Positions 18,889 to 28,257 of a stretch of DNA of 64,000 bases are shown here, piece by piece. The first letter of the stretch is position 1, and each line of letters starts with the position of its first letter. The stretch is from Candidatus Campbellbacteria bacterium. Its GTDB lineage: Bacteria; Patescibacteriota; Minisyncoccia; Phycocordibacterales; GCA-2747955. The notes beneath the pieces were generated by a model, which was given only the letters and a program-made list of their open reading frames with translations, was not told the DNA's origin and did not search any database. The translations under genes and the position numbers were made by a program. The stretch covers positions 949-64,948 of the forward strand of contig PDQZ01000009.1 in the NCBI GenBank assembly GCA_002747955.1, given 5' to 3'.

Positions 18889-19389
18889 ATGAACGTTTTT
18901 AAAACTGAAATTGTCGTTTATGACCACGATTTGGTGGTGGAAGTTACAAGCTTAAGACCCATGGGTGATGGGTTAAACCTTTTACAACCAAAGTCTTCAA
19001 ATTTTATTTTTAATTTGAAAATTCACATTAAAAGCAACAATGAAACTTTTTTAGCAAGGGTTTGGGCAAAGACACTTTTATCTGAAAGTTATTTGGATAA
19101 GTGGAGTAGTGAGATTTTAAAGGAAATTAATCCAATGTTGACTTCAATCATGATCCCAATGTTAAAAAACTATTTCCAATATCAGCTATTTGATCGGGTT
19201 TGTGAAAAAAATAAGGGGGGTGAAAAATTGACCGTAAAGGCTATTAAAAATATTGCCGATAGAATTGTTGATGAGATAATTCAAGAATTTGGTTTGGATG
19301 AAAATGTCTTCAAAAAAGTTTATAAACCTTTTTCAGTTGTGGCAATTCGGCCGCTTTTAAAAAGTTACGCGATTGATTATGAATATTAA
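18889..19389 (+). CDS. hypothetical protein (166 aa)
   Basis: RBS aggagaaaaaaATG; no known motif. Confidence 0.5.
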   Translation: MNVFKTEIVVYDHDLVVEVTSLRPMGDGLNLLQPKSSNFIFNLKIHIKSNNETFLARVWAKTLLSESYLDKWSSEILKEINPMLTSIMIPMLKNYFQYQLFDRVCEKNKGGEKLTVKAIKNIADRIVDEIIQEFGLDENVFKKVYKPFSVVAIRPLLKSYAIDYEY

Positions 19390-19446
19390 AAAATTAAAAA
19401 TAAAAACAGCCTCAAGCTTTTGCTTGAGGCTGTCTTTTTTTTTCTG

Positions 19447-19518
19447 CTCCACAGGTAGGGTTCGAACCTACGGCCAATCGATTAACAGTCGATTGCTCTA
19501 CCACTGAGCTACTGTGGA
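19447..19518 (-). tRNA. tRNA-Asn (anticodon GUU), CCA not encoded
   Basis: Minus-strand cloverleaf: acceptor TCCACAG/CTGTGGA, D arm GCTC-AGTGGTA-GAGC, anticodon stem ATCGA/TCGAT with loop CTGTTAA, T arm GTAGG-TTCGAAC-CCTAC, discriminator G. Confidence 0.85.
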
Positions 19519-19564
19519 ATATGACAAAAATTTTAACAAATTTTTTTTAAAAAAGCAAGTGTTT

Positions 19565-19873
19565 TTATTTAAAGAATTTATACAATTTCCATAAAAATTT
19601 AAAAATGAAAAACAACAAAAGAAAACTAAAAATATAGTTAAAAGGTGGTTTAAATAAAATAAAAATTACCAAGAAAATCAAACCAAAAAATATAAAAAAT
19701 GATGCTATGTAAGGCAGTAAGTATACAAAACCTTTTAAGAAAGCTTCTTTTTTTAATTCAGAAAATTTTTCTTCAGCATAATTTTTTGCATATTCTGTTT
19801 TTTTGTTTCGAGATTGCTTGTTGCTGCCTAAGTTTTCGGCTTTGATATATTCTTCGTTATTATTTTTATTCAT
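19565..19873 (-). CDS. small hypothetical membrane protein
   Basis: Charged N-terminus then two hydrophobic helices; start at MNKNNNEEY. Confidence 0.45.
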   Translation of the reverse strand: MNKNNNEEYIKAENLGSNKQSRNKKTEYAKNYAEEKFSELKKEAFLKGFVYLLPYIASFFIFFGLIFLVIFILFKPPFNYIFSFLLLFFIFKFLWKLYKFFK

Positions 19874-19964
19874 AAAAAAATTATAACATATTAAAAATAA
19901 AAAACCCATTTTATTTTTTGGAATGTGCTTTATTTTTTTATAAAAAAATATATAATATACTATT

Positions 19965-20531
19965 ATGTTAAATTACAATGAAATTAAAAGGGGGAAAGTG
20001 ATTGTTTTAAACGATGAACCATATAGAGTTTTAACATCAAATATTTCTAAAAAAAATAGAAACAAACCTCATAATCAAACAAAAATCAAATCAATTGCTT
20101 CTGGAAAAACACTTGAAAAAACTTTTCATGCTTCAGATAAGGTAAATGAAGCGGTTTTGGAAAGACAAGATATTAAGTATTTGTATATTAAGAAAAATGA
20201 AGTTTGGTTTTGTGTTGCTGATAACCCTAAAGATAGATTTTTTTTGGAACTTGAAGATGTCCAAGATCAAATTCAGTTTTTAAAACAAAATGATATTGTA
20301 ACAGGGCTTTATTTTAATGAAAAATTAATTGATTTGTCAATTCCGCCAAAAGTTGCTTTGAAAGTTAAAGAAGCTCCAGGAGCTGTAAAAGGAAATACTG
20401 CAACAGGTGCAACTAAAAAAATTGTTTTGGAAAATGGATTAGAAATACAAGCTCCACTTTTTGTGGAAGAAGGGGATACAGTTTTTGTAAATACAGAAAC
20501 AGCAACATATTCTGAAAGAAAAAAGGAGTAA
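19965..20531 (+). CDS. efp: translation elongation factor P
   Basis: EF-P-length protein with KOW-like N-terminus (..EIKRGKVIVLNDEPYRV..) and OB domains. Confidence 0.8.
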   Translation: MLNYNEIKRGKVIVLNDEPYRVLTSNISKKNRNKPHNQTKIKSIASGKTLEKTFHASDKVNEAVLERQDIKYLYIKKNEVWFCVADNPKDRFFLELEDVQDQIQFLKQNDIVTGLYFNEKLIDLSIPPKVALKVKEAPGAVKGNTATGATKKIVLENGLEIQAPLFVEEGDTVFVNTETATYSERKKE

Positions 20532-20537
20532 GTTTGG

Positions 20538-20629
20538 AAAAGCCCGAAATTTTTTGCCCTTGTTTTGCTTGTGACTTGTGACAGGCAAGGCCTGTCACAA
20601 GCAAAACAGGGGCAAAAAATTTCGGGCTT
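20538..20629. terminator. ~90-bp perfect-palindrome terminator after efp with gcccgaaatttttt arms and GGCAAGGCC core
   Basis: aagcccgaaattttttgccc..gtgacaggcaaggcctgtcac..gggcaaaaaatttcgggctt. Confidence 0.7.
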
Positions 20630-20656
20630 TTATTATCACTGTGCTATAATATAAAA

Positions 20657-21475
20657 ATGAATAATAAATTTCATCTTAAAGCCAAAAAGTCTTTGGGACA
20701 AAACTTTTTAAAAGACAAAAAAATAATTGATAAAATTATAAAGGCTGGAGAGTTGAAAAAAGGAGATATTGTTTTGGAAGTTGGTCCTGGAAAAGGACAT
20801 CTAACACAAAGACTTTTAGAAAATGATATTGTTCTTTTTGCTGTTGAAAAAGACAAAAGGCTTTATGATTTTTTAGAAGAAAAGTTTCAAAAGGAAATCA
20901 AAGAAAAAAAGTTTTTTTTAATCAAAGATGATGTTTTGAATTTGGATTTTGGAAATTTGGGTCTTAAAAATCAAAAATTTAAAATTATTGCAAATTTGCC
21001 ATATTATATAACAGGACTTTTTATTTCAAAAACTTTGGAAAATAAAATTGTTCCGTCTTTGATGGTTTTGCTTTTGCAGAAAGAAGTTGTAGAGCGGGTA
21101 ACAGACAGTGAGAAAAATAAAAAAGAAAATATTTTTTCTTTGTCTATAAAAGTTTTTGGAAAAGCAAAATATATTATAACTGTTTCAAAAAAACTTTTTA
21201 AACCTGTTCCTAAAATTGATTCGGCTGTTTTGCAAATCTCAGACATTTCAAAAGAAAATTTTAAAAAGAACAACATTACAGAGCAAGAGTTTTTCGAATT
21301 TATCAAAAGTGCTTTTTCAAACAAAAGAAAACAAATGTTGAAAAATTTATCTTTGAAATATAACAAAGAAAAACTTGTAAAAATTTTTGATCAGATGAAA
21401 ATTGATCAAAAAACCCGAGCCGAAGACTTGAATTTGGAAATTTTTTTGGAGATTTTAAAAAGATATTATGACTAA
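20657..21475 (+). CDS. rsmA: 16S rRNA (adenine1518/1519-N6)-dimethyltransferase RsmA/KsgA
   Basis: ..SLGQNFLKDKKIIDKI.. KsgA N-terminal signature, ..VLEVGPGKGHLT.. SAM motif. Confidence 0.85.
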   Translation: MNNKFHLKAKKSLGQNFLKDKKIIDKIIKAGELKKGDIVLEVGPGKGHLTQRLLENDIVLFAVEKDKRLYDFLEEKFQKEIKEKKFFLIKDDVLNLDFGNLGLKNQKFKIIANLPYYITGLFISKTLENKIVPSLMVLLLQKEVVERVTDSEKNKKENIFSLSIKVFGKAKYIITVSKKLFKPVPKIDSAVLQISDISKENFKKNNITEQEFFEFIKSAFSNKRKQMLKNLSLKYNKEKLVKIFDQMKIDQKTRAEDLNLEIFLEILKRYYD

Positions 21476-21526
21476 AAAGTGAATTTAAAAAGCAAAATCA
21501 GGCGAAGCCTGATTTTGCTTTTTAAA

Positions 21527-21913
21527 TTACGGTGATGTACCTTGTAAAATAGGAACATACCCATAACCAATAATACAAATATATGGACCGCAGGTTATCA
21601 TGCAGGGAACAAGTGCTGGTGCCAAAGTTCCTTTTCCCCATTGACCTGGGTGTGAAAAACCACCAAAGTTAGCAAAAGCACGACCTCTTGATTCAGGTGT
21701 TTGCATAATAGGCATTGGAATAGGGGGTGATAAAAAATAATTTACAGATCCGTAAGTGACAGGACAATACTGAAAACTTGTCACTGAACCACCGAAAAGC
21801 AAAAGAGATGCTGAAGTTTTAGTTTCTTTTAAATTTAAAGTAAAAAAGAAGATCAAAAGTAAAATAAAAACGATTGATTTTAAGAAAATATTATTTTTTA
21901 GGTTTAATATCAT
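21527..21913 (-). CDS. small secreted Cys/Gly/Pro-rich hypothetical protein
   Basis: N-terminal signal/TM; divergent to the surface-protein locus; visibly higher GC than its surroundings. Confidence 0.5.
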   Translation of the reverse strand: MILNLKNNIFLKSIVFILLLIFFFTLNLKETKTSASLLLFGGSVTSFQYCPVTYGSVNYFLSPPIPMPIMQTPESRGRAFANFGGFSHPGQWGKGTLAPALVPCMITCGPYICIIGYGYVPILQGTSP

Positions 21914-21952
21914 AAAAATATTGTAACATATTTTTTAATTATGTGATAGAAT

Positions 21953-23005
21953 ATGAATATGAAAAAAATTTTTAACTTTTTTAAAAAAAATTTTACAACG
22001 ATACTTTATATTTTAATTTTTTTAACTTTAATTTTTTTAATTTATAAAAACTTTACGAAAGTCAAGCAGTATCAAAAACTTGAAAAAATAAAAACAGATT
22101 ATCGGAATACTAAAAAACTTGAAAAAAAAGAAAGTGATGATACAGACAATGACGGGCTTTTGGATTGGCAAGAAATTATATATAAAACAGATATTGACAA
22201 CCCAGATTCTGATGGTGACGGTATAAATGATGGAGATGAAGTTAGGGATGGAACTAATCCCCTTTCTTTTAAAAATATAAAAAATGAAGAGATTGTGGTT
22301 GTTAAAGAAAGTGTTGAAAATATAGAAAAACAAATTGCAAAAAGAAGAAAAACTCAAAAGGAACAAGAAAATCAACAGTTTAAAATTAAAAAAATTAAAT
22401 TTAAATCAAATTTAACCCAAGAAGAAAAAGATCTTTTAGCAGGCTACGATCAAGAAAATATTTTAATTAAAAAAGACATGAATATTTTGGGAAAAGTTTT
22501 TTTAGAAAATACACATTCTGTAAATGCCACTGAAGAAAGTGAAAACATGTTTTTGTTGTTTAATAATTTACTTCCTTATTCTTATGAAAAATCACAAGAA
22601 ATTTTAAAAGAAAATAATAATTTAAAGTTCGCAGAACAATTACCGGCTTATAGGGAAGTTACCGAAAGTGAAATATCAAAAATGAAAGCAAAAGCTATGT
22701 ATTATAAAAAAATTTCTGAACTTTTAAAAGAAAAAGAAAGTCAGTTGGAGTCAAAATTTTTTAATCAATATTATTTAAGTTTTTACAATACTTATAAAAA
22801 TGTTTATGTTTATCAAAGCGAACTTTTGGATTTTTATAAAAATGGAGAGGGTGATTATGAAAAAATAATAGAAAAAATTAAAAAGTATACTCAAGCAGGG
22901 CTTGAAATGGCAGACACTTATGCTTCTGTTGATAGAATGATTGATACAAGAGAACTAAAAATCAGCCCAAATGAGCCAGCTTCTTATTTTGATTTGAAAG
23001 TGTAA
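21953..23005 (+). CDS. membrane-anchored protein with thrombospondin-type-3-like Ca-binding DxDxDG repeats (paralog 1)
   Basis: N-terminal TM; DTDNDGLLDWQEIIYKTDIDNPDSDGDGINDGDEVRDGTNP; paralogous to 23103..24056. Confidence 0.65.
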   Translation: MNMKKIFNFFKKNFTTILYILIFLTLIFLIYKNFTKVKQYQKLEKIKTDYRNTKKLEKKESDDTDNDGLLDWQEIIYKTDIDNPDSDGDGINDGDEVRDGTNPLSFKNIKNEEIVVVKESVENIEKQIAKRRKTQKEQENQQFKIKKIKFKSNLTQEEKDLLAGYDQENILIKKDMNILGKVFLENTHSVNATEESENMFLLFNNLLPYSYEKSQEILKENNNLKFAEQLPAYREVTESEISKMKAKAMYYKKISELLKEKESQLESKFFNQYYLSFYNTYKNVYVYQSELLDFYKNGEGDYEKIIEKIKKYTQAGLEMADTYASVDRMIDTRELKISPNEPASYFDLKV

Positions 23006-23102
23006 GATTAAGTTTGGCCCGAAAATAGCGAAGCTATTTTCGGGTTTGTTTTTTTAAAAAAACTTTGTGAAGAGACAAAAAAAGTGTTACAATGTCTAAT
23101 AT

Positions 23103-24056
23103 ATGAATAATAATTTTAAAAAATTTTTGCCTTCAAGAAAAGTGGTAGCTTTTGTGATAGTGCCATTGTTTTTTGTTGTTTTATTTATTTTGATAGAATC
23201 TTATTTTAAAAAAGGTGAAATAGAAAAAAAAGTTGCTAAAGAAAAACTTGAAAAATCAATTAAATATAATGTTTCAGAAAAAGATACAGATGACGATGGG
23301 CTTTTAGACTGGCAAGAAAGACTTTATAAAACAGATGTAAATAATCCTGATACGGATAATGACGGAGTTTTAGATGGAAAAGAAGTTAAAAAAGGAACAG
23401 ATCCGACAGACACATTTAATAGTAAAAAATCACAAAATGATGTTAAAAAAATTAATGAGGATACTGAAAAGCAAATTTTAAACAAAGAATTAAATGTGAC
23501 AGAAAAAGTTGCAAGAGAGCTGTTTATGAAAACAGTTGATATTAAGAAGGAAGGACTGAATAAAAATATAGGGGCTTTGAATTTTGCAGCTGAAGAGCTT
23601 TATGAAGAAAGTGATATTTTTAAAATAAGCAAAATTTTAACAGAAAAAGATTTAAAAATTTCAGAGTCTGAAAATTTATATGATTTTAAGCAAAAATTCA
23701 ATAAAGTTTTACTTAAAAGAAGTAAGGTGAGTAATTTAGAAGCAGAATGGGTTGCTGCTTACAAGTTTATAGTGGAAAAAAAGGATGAAGGTAAAGAAAG
23801 TTTAGAGAAAAATTTACACTTTTATATTGTAACCCAAAAAGAGTTGTTGAAGTTGGAAGTTCCTAACGATAAAATTTTTATTAAAGTTTATCTAGATTAT
23901 TTAAATTCTTATTTTTTCATTATTGAATACATAGAACAGGTTTTAAATTATAAAGAAGATCCACTTAAAGCACTAGCATTTTTTGAATCTTTTGATAAAA
24001 TAAATGATATAATTATTAAAAGAGGTAAAGAAGTATATAAATACTTAAATGATTAA
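23103..24056 (+). CDS. membrane-anchored protein with thrombospondin-type-3-like Ca-binding DxDxDG repeats (paralog 2)
   Basis: N-terminal TM; DTDDDGLLDWQERLYKTDVNNPDTDNDGVLDGKEVKKGTDP. Confidence 0.65.
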   Translation: MNNNFKKFLPSRKVVAFVIVPLFFVVLFILIESYFKKGEIEKKVAKEKLEKSIKYNVSEKDTDDDGLLDWQERLYKTDVNNPDTDNDGVLDGKEVKKGTDPTDTFNSKKSQNDVKKINEDTEKQILNKELNVTEKVARELFMKTVDIKKEGLNKNIGALNFAAEELYEESDIFKISKILTEKDLKISESENLYDFKQKFNKVLLKRSKVSNLEAEWVAAYKFIVEKKDEGKESLEKNLHFYIVTQKELLKLEVPNDKIFIKVYLDYLNSYFFIIEYIEQVLNYKEDPLKALAFFESFDKINDIIIKRGKEVYKYLND

Positions 24057-24064
24057 ATAAAATA

Positions 24065-26410
24065 ATGCAAAATAATATGAAACTTAGCTTCTCAAAAAAA
24101 ATATTTAAACTATTTATTTTTACAGTAACATTTATATTTCTAATGTTTCCTGTTTTTTTGGTAGATCAACAAGTAAGTATGTTAAGTGCGCAAACAAATA
24201 CTCAAACACAAAAACCAGAAACTTATAGAAACGATGGTTCAAGAGTTGATGGTAGGGGAAATGCAGGCTCTGATGTTTTAGGGGCTGCGGCTAGCTGTTT
24301 AGGTTCTGCTTTTGGAATGATTGCAAGTAGTATGGCAGCTAATACCATTTCTGTTCCATCATCAGACAAGCCAACAGAATCTTCTACAGGAATGAATGCA
24401 ATTAAAGACTGTATTTTAGATGGTGTAGCTAATGCTTTAAAAAGAACAGTTATCAGATCTTTGGTTTCAACGACTGTAAACTGGATCAATGGTGGTTTTG
24501 ATGGGAACCCCTACTATGGTAGAAACTTAGAAAAAGCTTTTAGAAGAACAGTTGATGATATTTTAGGGGAAGTTATTTATCAAAATGAAAATTTGAAATT
24601 TTTATGTTCAGAATTTGAATTTCCTATTAAAGTTGCTTTGCATTTACAATTTTCACAAGCTCAATTTCAAGAATTTGATTATACTCCAAAATGTAAAATA
24701 TCAGATGTGGCAGACAATATTGAAGGAGCTATTCAAGATGGAATAGATTATTATTCAAATATAGATAATTTTTTCAGTATTACAACAAATGGTTCTGATA
24801 ATGTGTACGAAGTGTACTTTAAAACCTCAGCAAGTATTCAAAAAGCAATTGAAAAAAGAAATGAAGACAAAGAAAGGGAGCAGAGTGTAAACAATGGATT
24901 TTTTGGAGAGAGAAGATGTTATGACGGAGGTGAGTATGATGGATCTTTGGAAAGAAGGGATATTTGTCCAATTACAACTCCCGGAAGAATTATGGCTGAA
25001 AGGCTTGCTTCTGCTACAAACACAGAAACAAATGAGCTTATTACAGCCGATGAATTTGATGAAATTATTGGAGCCATTTTAAATCAACTTTTCCAAAAAC
25101 TTCTTCAAAAAGATGGAATTCGAGGTATGTCACAAACAAGTTCAGAAACAGGCCGAACTGGTCTTGAGGATTATCAACAAACGGGTGATGAGATTGATAA
25201 TGAAGAGTATGGTGGACTGGTGGATGACTATGCCGATATGTCATTTAACCCAAGAGCACCAGAAATTATGATAAAAACGCTTGAGAGCATGATACAAACG
25301 CTTGATGATGCAATTGGAGTATTTAGGGATGCAAAAGCACAATGTTCATCAATTCCCCTGGGTAATTTGCGTAGTATGGGCAGTAGGCGATATCAAGAAT
25401 TTAGGCAAAGAACAATAGATAGTGGTTCGGTTGTTCAAAGCTGGTTAAATGAAGCTGAAGTTAAAAAAGGAAAATATGAAGAAAAATTAAGATTGGTTGG
25501 TGAATACAAGACACAATTTATAGAAATTTCTCAAAGAGTTAAAGATGCGAACATTGCAGAAAGAAATCAAATAATGGAAGAAGCCTCAAAAGATCCTATC
25601 GTTGCCTTCATTAATAGTGTTGGTAAAGTTGCAAGGGACAAAATTAATCTAGAAAGAGATCTTGATGAAAAAGTAAATGGTAAATATTCATATACAGGTT
25701 CTTCAACTCCTGTTAAAAAAGGTGGTGCTAATGGATACCGCCAATATTGTGTAAAGTTTGGACATACTTCAAGTTCTAGAAGTTGTAGCGACAGAGAAAC
25801 AATATGTTCTCCTAGTTTGTTGTTTAGCGAAATTACAAGTGACGGAGACCATTCTTTGAGAATTAGTTACGATCCTATTCCTGATATTGAAAATATAAAT
25901 AGTTCTGAATACGACTTAACATCAAGTACTGTTGGTAAATGTGTTTCAGCTGATAATCAACAGCGTGACTTTGGACAAGAAGAAGAACTATTTTTGACAA
26001 AAAAAGGGAATACTGTTTATGTTCACAAAAATGGTAAATGTGTTATCGGATCAATGTTTGTAGACCAAACATGTAATTTATCTTATGCAGACAGTGAAGT
26101 GTATTTGAATGCAAGTTCATTGGTTGATGATGAAAATACAAGACGAATTGTTATTAGTACAGAAGATGATTGTGATGGTGTTGAAGAAGAATTTTCTTGT
26201 ACCACAAAAGATGGAAAAGGGTATGAAGATGGACAAAGAATTGACACTTTATATACCTGCGATGATGAAGAGCAAAAGTGTTATTCATACAGAAGTGTAA
26301 GGTGTAGAGAAAAATCATTTGTTGCGTGTTCAGGAGATAGGAGTCTTTTTGGTGTTTATGCTGAGAAAAAGTATCAAAATGAAGAAAGGGGAAGTTGTGA
26401 AGGATTTTAA
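24065..26410 (+). CDS. large (781 aa) secreted/anchored protein with Cys-rich C-terminal region; compositionally atypical
   Basis: N-terminal hydrophobic segment; about 18 Cys concentrated in the last ~250 aa; GC-richer codons than neighbouring genes; no recognisable catalytic motif. Confidence 0.65.
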   Translation: MQNNMKLSFSKKIFKLFIFTVTFIFLMFPVFLVDQQVSMLSAQTNTQTQKPETYRNDGSRVDGRGNAGSDVLGAAASCLGSAFGMIASSMAANTISVPSSDKPTESSTGMNAIKDCILDGVANALKRTVIRSLVSTTVNWINGGFDGNPYYGRNLEKAFRRTVDDILGEVIYQNENLKFLCSEFEFPIKVALHLQFSQAQFQEFDYTPKCKISDVADNIEGAIQDGIDYYSNIDNFFSITTNGSDNVYEVYFKTSASIQKAIEKRNEDKEREQSVNNGFFGERRCYDGGEYDGSLERRDICPITTPGRIMAERLASATNTETNELITADEFDEIIGAILNQLFQKLLQKDGIRGMSQTSSETGRTGLEDYQQTGDEIDNEEYGGLVDDYADMSFNPRAPEIMIKTLESMIQTLDDAIGVFRDAKAQCSSIPLGNLRSMGSRRYQEFRQRTIDSGSVVQSWLNEAEVKKGKYEEKLRLVGEYKTQFIEISQRVKDANIAERNQIMEEASKDPIVAFINSVGKVARDKINLERDLDEKVNGKYSYTGSSTPVKKGGANGYRQYCVKFGHTSSSRSCSDRETICSPSLLFSEITSDGDHSLRISYDPIPDIENINSSEYDLTSSTVGKCVSADNQQRDFGQEEELFLTKKGNTVYVHKNGKCVIGSMFVDQTCNLSYADSEVYLNASSLVDDENTRRIVISTEDDCDGVEEEFSCTTKDGKGYEDGQRIDTLYTCDDEEQKCYSYRSVRCREKSFVACSGDRSLFGVYAEKKYQNEERGSCEGF

Positions 26411-26425
26411 TTAAAAATAAACAAT

Positions 26426-26932
26426 ATGTTAATATTTACAGAAGAACAAGTTAAAAATGCTTATGATAATTCAAGTGAAGTGATGAAATCTTTGTTACTT
26501 GAAAAGTGGGTTATTGAGGATGCAACTTTTTTGGGGAGAAAATACAAGTTAAGAATGGATAAGGTTGGAAACATGAATAAGTTGATTTCTTATGTTATGT
26601 TGAATTTGTTGCCAATGTCTCGTTTTGCAGAGTACTTGAAAAAAGAACTTTTACTTGATGATCAAACAACTCTTGCGTTGACAAAAGATTTGGATAAAAA
26701 TATTTTCCAAAAAATCAAACAAGAAGTGTTGTATTATAATAGTGAAAAAAAGAAAAAGACAGATGTTAAGTCTATTTTTGAAGAAAAACAAGAAATAAAA
26801 GAAGAAAAAGATCTAAAAGGGGAAGTTAGAGATTATGGTGATATTCTAGATTCAAAAAAACAAAAAGAGGGGGCTGGTAAAAAAGAAGATGAAGACACAC
26901 TTGATCCTTATAGAACTTTTATTGATGATTAA
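26426..26932 (+). CDS. hypothetical protein (168 aa), charged C-terminus
   Basis: ORF tightly following the 781-aa gene; no motif. Confidence 0.5.
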   Translation: MLIFTEEQVKNAYDNSSEVMKSLLLEKWVIEDATFLGRKYKLRMDKVGNMNKLISYVMLNLLPMSRFAEYLKKELLLDDQTTLALTKDLDKNIFQKIKQEVLYYNSEKKKKTDVKSIFEEKQEIKEEKDLKGEVRDYGDILDSKKQKEGAGKKEDEDTLDPYRTFIDD

Positions 26933-27045
26933 AAATGTAGAAAAAATGTTTAAAAAAGCAAGTTAAAAAACTTGCTTTTTTATTGTTTTTGTTTTAAAAT
27001 ATAGGGCACTGTATTAAGAATTAAATATAGTAAATAAAATATTTT

Positions 27046-27456
27046 ATGGCAACTATAAATCAATTAGTAAGAAAAAAAAGAAAGAAACAAGTAAAAAAAC
27101 CAAAATCTGTGGTTTTATCAAAAGGTTTTGATACTCTAAAAAACAAACCTACTGAATACTTTTCTCCTTTCAAAAGAGGTGTTTGTACAAAAGTTACAAC
27201 AAAAAACCCTAAAAAACCTAACTCAGCGGTTAGAAAAATCGCCAGAGTTAAATTAACAAATGGAATTGAAGTTACAGCTTATATTCCAGGTGAAAAACAT
27301 CAACTACAAGAGCACTCAGTTGTACTTGTACGTGGAGGAAGGGTAAAGGATATTGGTGTTAGATACACTGTTGTTAGAGGTAAACTTGATGCAACAGCTG
27401 TTGAAGGAAGAAAACAAGCAAGATCAAGATACGGAGCTAAAAAACCAAAAGAATAA
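27046..27456 (+). CDS. rpsL: 30S ribosomal protein S12
   Basis: [13 protein letters not shown].. and ..[10 protein letters not shown].. S12 signatures. Confidence 0.9.
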   Translation: MATINQLVRKKRKKQVKKPKSVVLSKGFDTLKNKPTEYFSPFKRGVCTKVTTKNPKKPNSAVRKIARVKLTNGIEVTAYIPGEKHQLQEHSVVLVRGGRVKDIGVRYTVVRGKLDATAVEGRKQARSRYGAKKPKE

Positions 27457-27467
27457 TAATTATAAAT

Positions 27468-27935
27468 ATGAGAAGACCTCACAAAAAAGTAGACAGAATT
27501 GTAGAAGACTTAAGGTACAATTCTAAGAAATTATCAAAGTTTATAAATTATGTAATGCTTGATGGTAAAAAATCAACAGCAACAAAAATAGTTTATGATG
27601 CTTTAGATATCATTAAAGAAAAAGAAAAAAGAGATCCAATTGAAGTTTTTGAAGAAGCATTGCAAAATGTTGGTCCAGAAATGGAAGTTAAATCAAGAAG
27701 AGTGGGAGGGGCAAACTACCAAGTTCCAATTCCAGTTTCTCAAGAAAGACAAACAGCACTTGCATTCAGATGGTTAATTAACTTTACAAGAGCTTCAAAA
27801 GGTAAAACTTTTGCAGAATTATTGGCAAATTTACTTATTGAATCATCAAAAGGTGAAGGACCAGCTGTGAAGAAAAAAGAAGATACACACAAAATGGCAG
27901 AAGCAAACAAGGCCTTTGCACACTTTGCATGGTAA
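27468..27935 (+). CDS. rpsG: 30S ribosomal protein S7
   Basis: S7 signature (..GGANYQVPIPVSQERQ..); follows rpsL; no fusA follows. Confidence 0.9.
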   Translation: MRRPHKKVDRIVEDLRYNSKKLSKFINYVMLDGKKSTATKIVYDALDIIKEKEKRDPIEVFEEALQNVGPEMEVKSRRVGGANYQVPIPVSQERQTALAFRWLINFTRASKGKTFAELLANLLIESSKGEGPAVKKKEDTHKMAEANKAFAHFAW

Positions 27936-27997
27936 ACTTATCTTTATAGAAAATAAAAACACCCAAAAAATAAGCGGTGTTTTTTTGTTTTACCAAG

Positions 27998-28024
27998 TAT
28001 TAACAGGCAAGGCTTATTAACGCT
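27998..28024. repeat. GGCAAGGC-core palindromic element (degenerate copy)
   Basis: tattaacaggcaaggcttattaacgct, cf 59168-59196 agcgttaacaggcaaggcctgttaacgct. Confidence 0.55.
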
Positions 28025-28257
28025 TGATTTTTGTATGAAAATGGTATATAATTATGTGTGAAGTTTTTAACTTCATATTTTTTTCATGGGAGTCCTTGAC
28101 CCGAGCATGCGCTCGGGTCTTTTTTGTGTTTGCACTATTTTTTAAAAAAGTTATAATATTGTGGAGGTTCACGTAATCTCCTTTTAGTGGTTGATTCTTT
28201 GCCCGAGTATACGCTCGGGCTTTTTTTATTTTTAAAATTTTTGTTATAATATGTTAA

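Noticed and set aside
18257-18889. tmRNA (ssrA) expected near smpB
   Set aside because: No tRNA-like 3' end or GGGGC 5' motif is present around smpB; the flanks are short AT-rich spacers with promoters only
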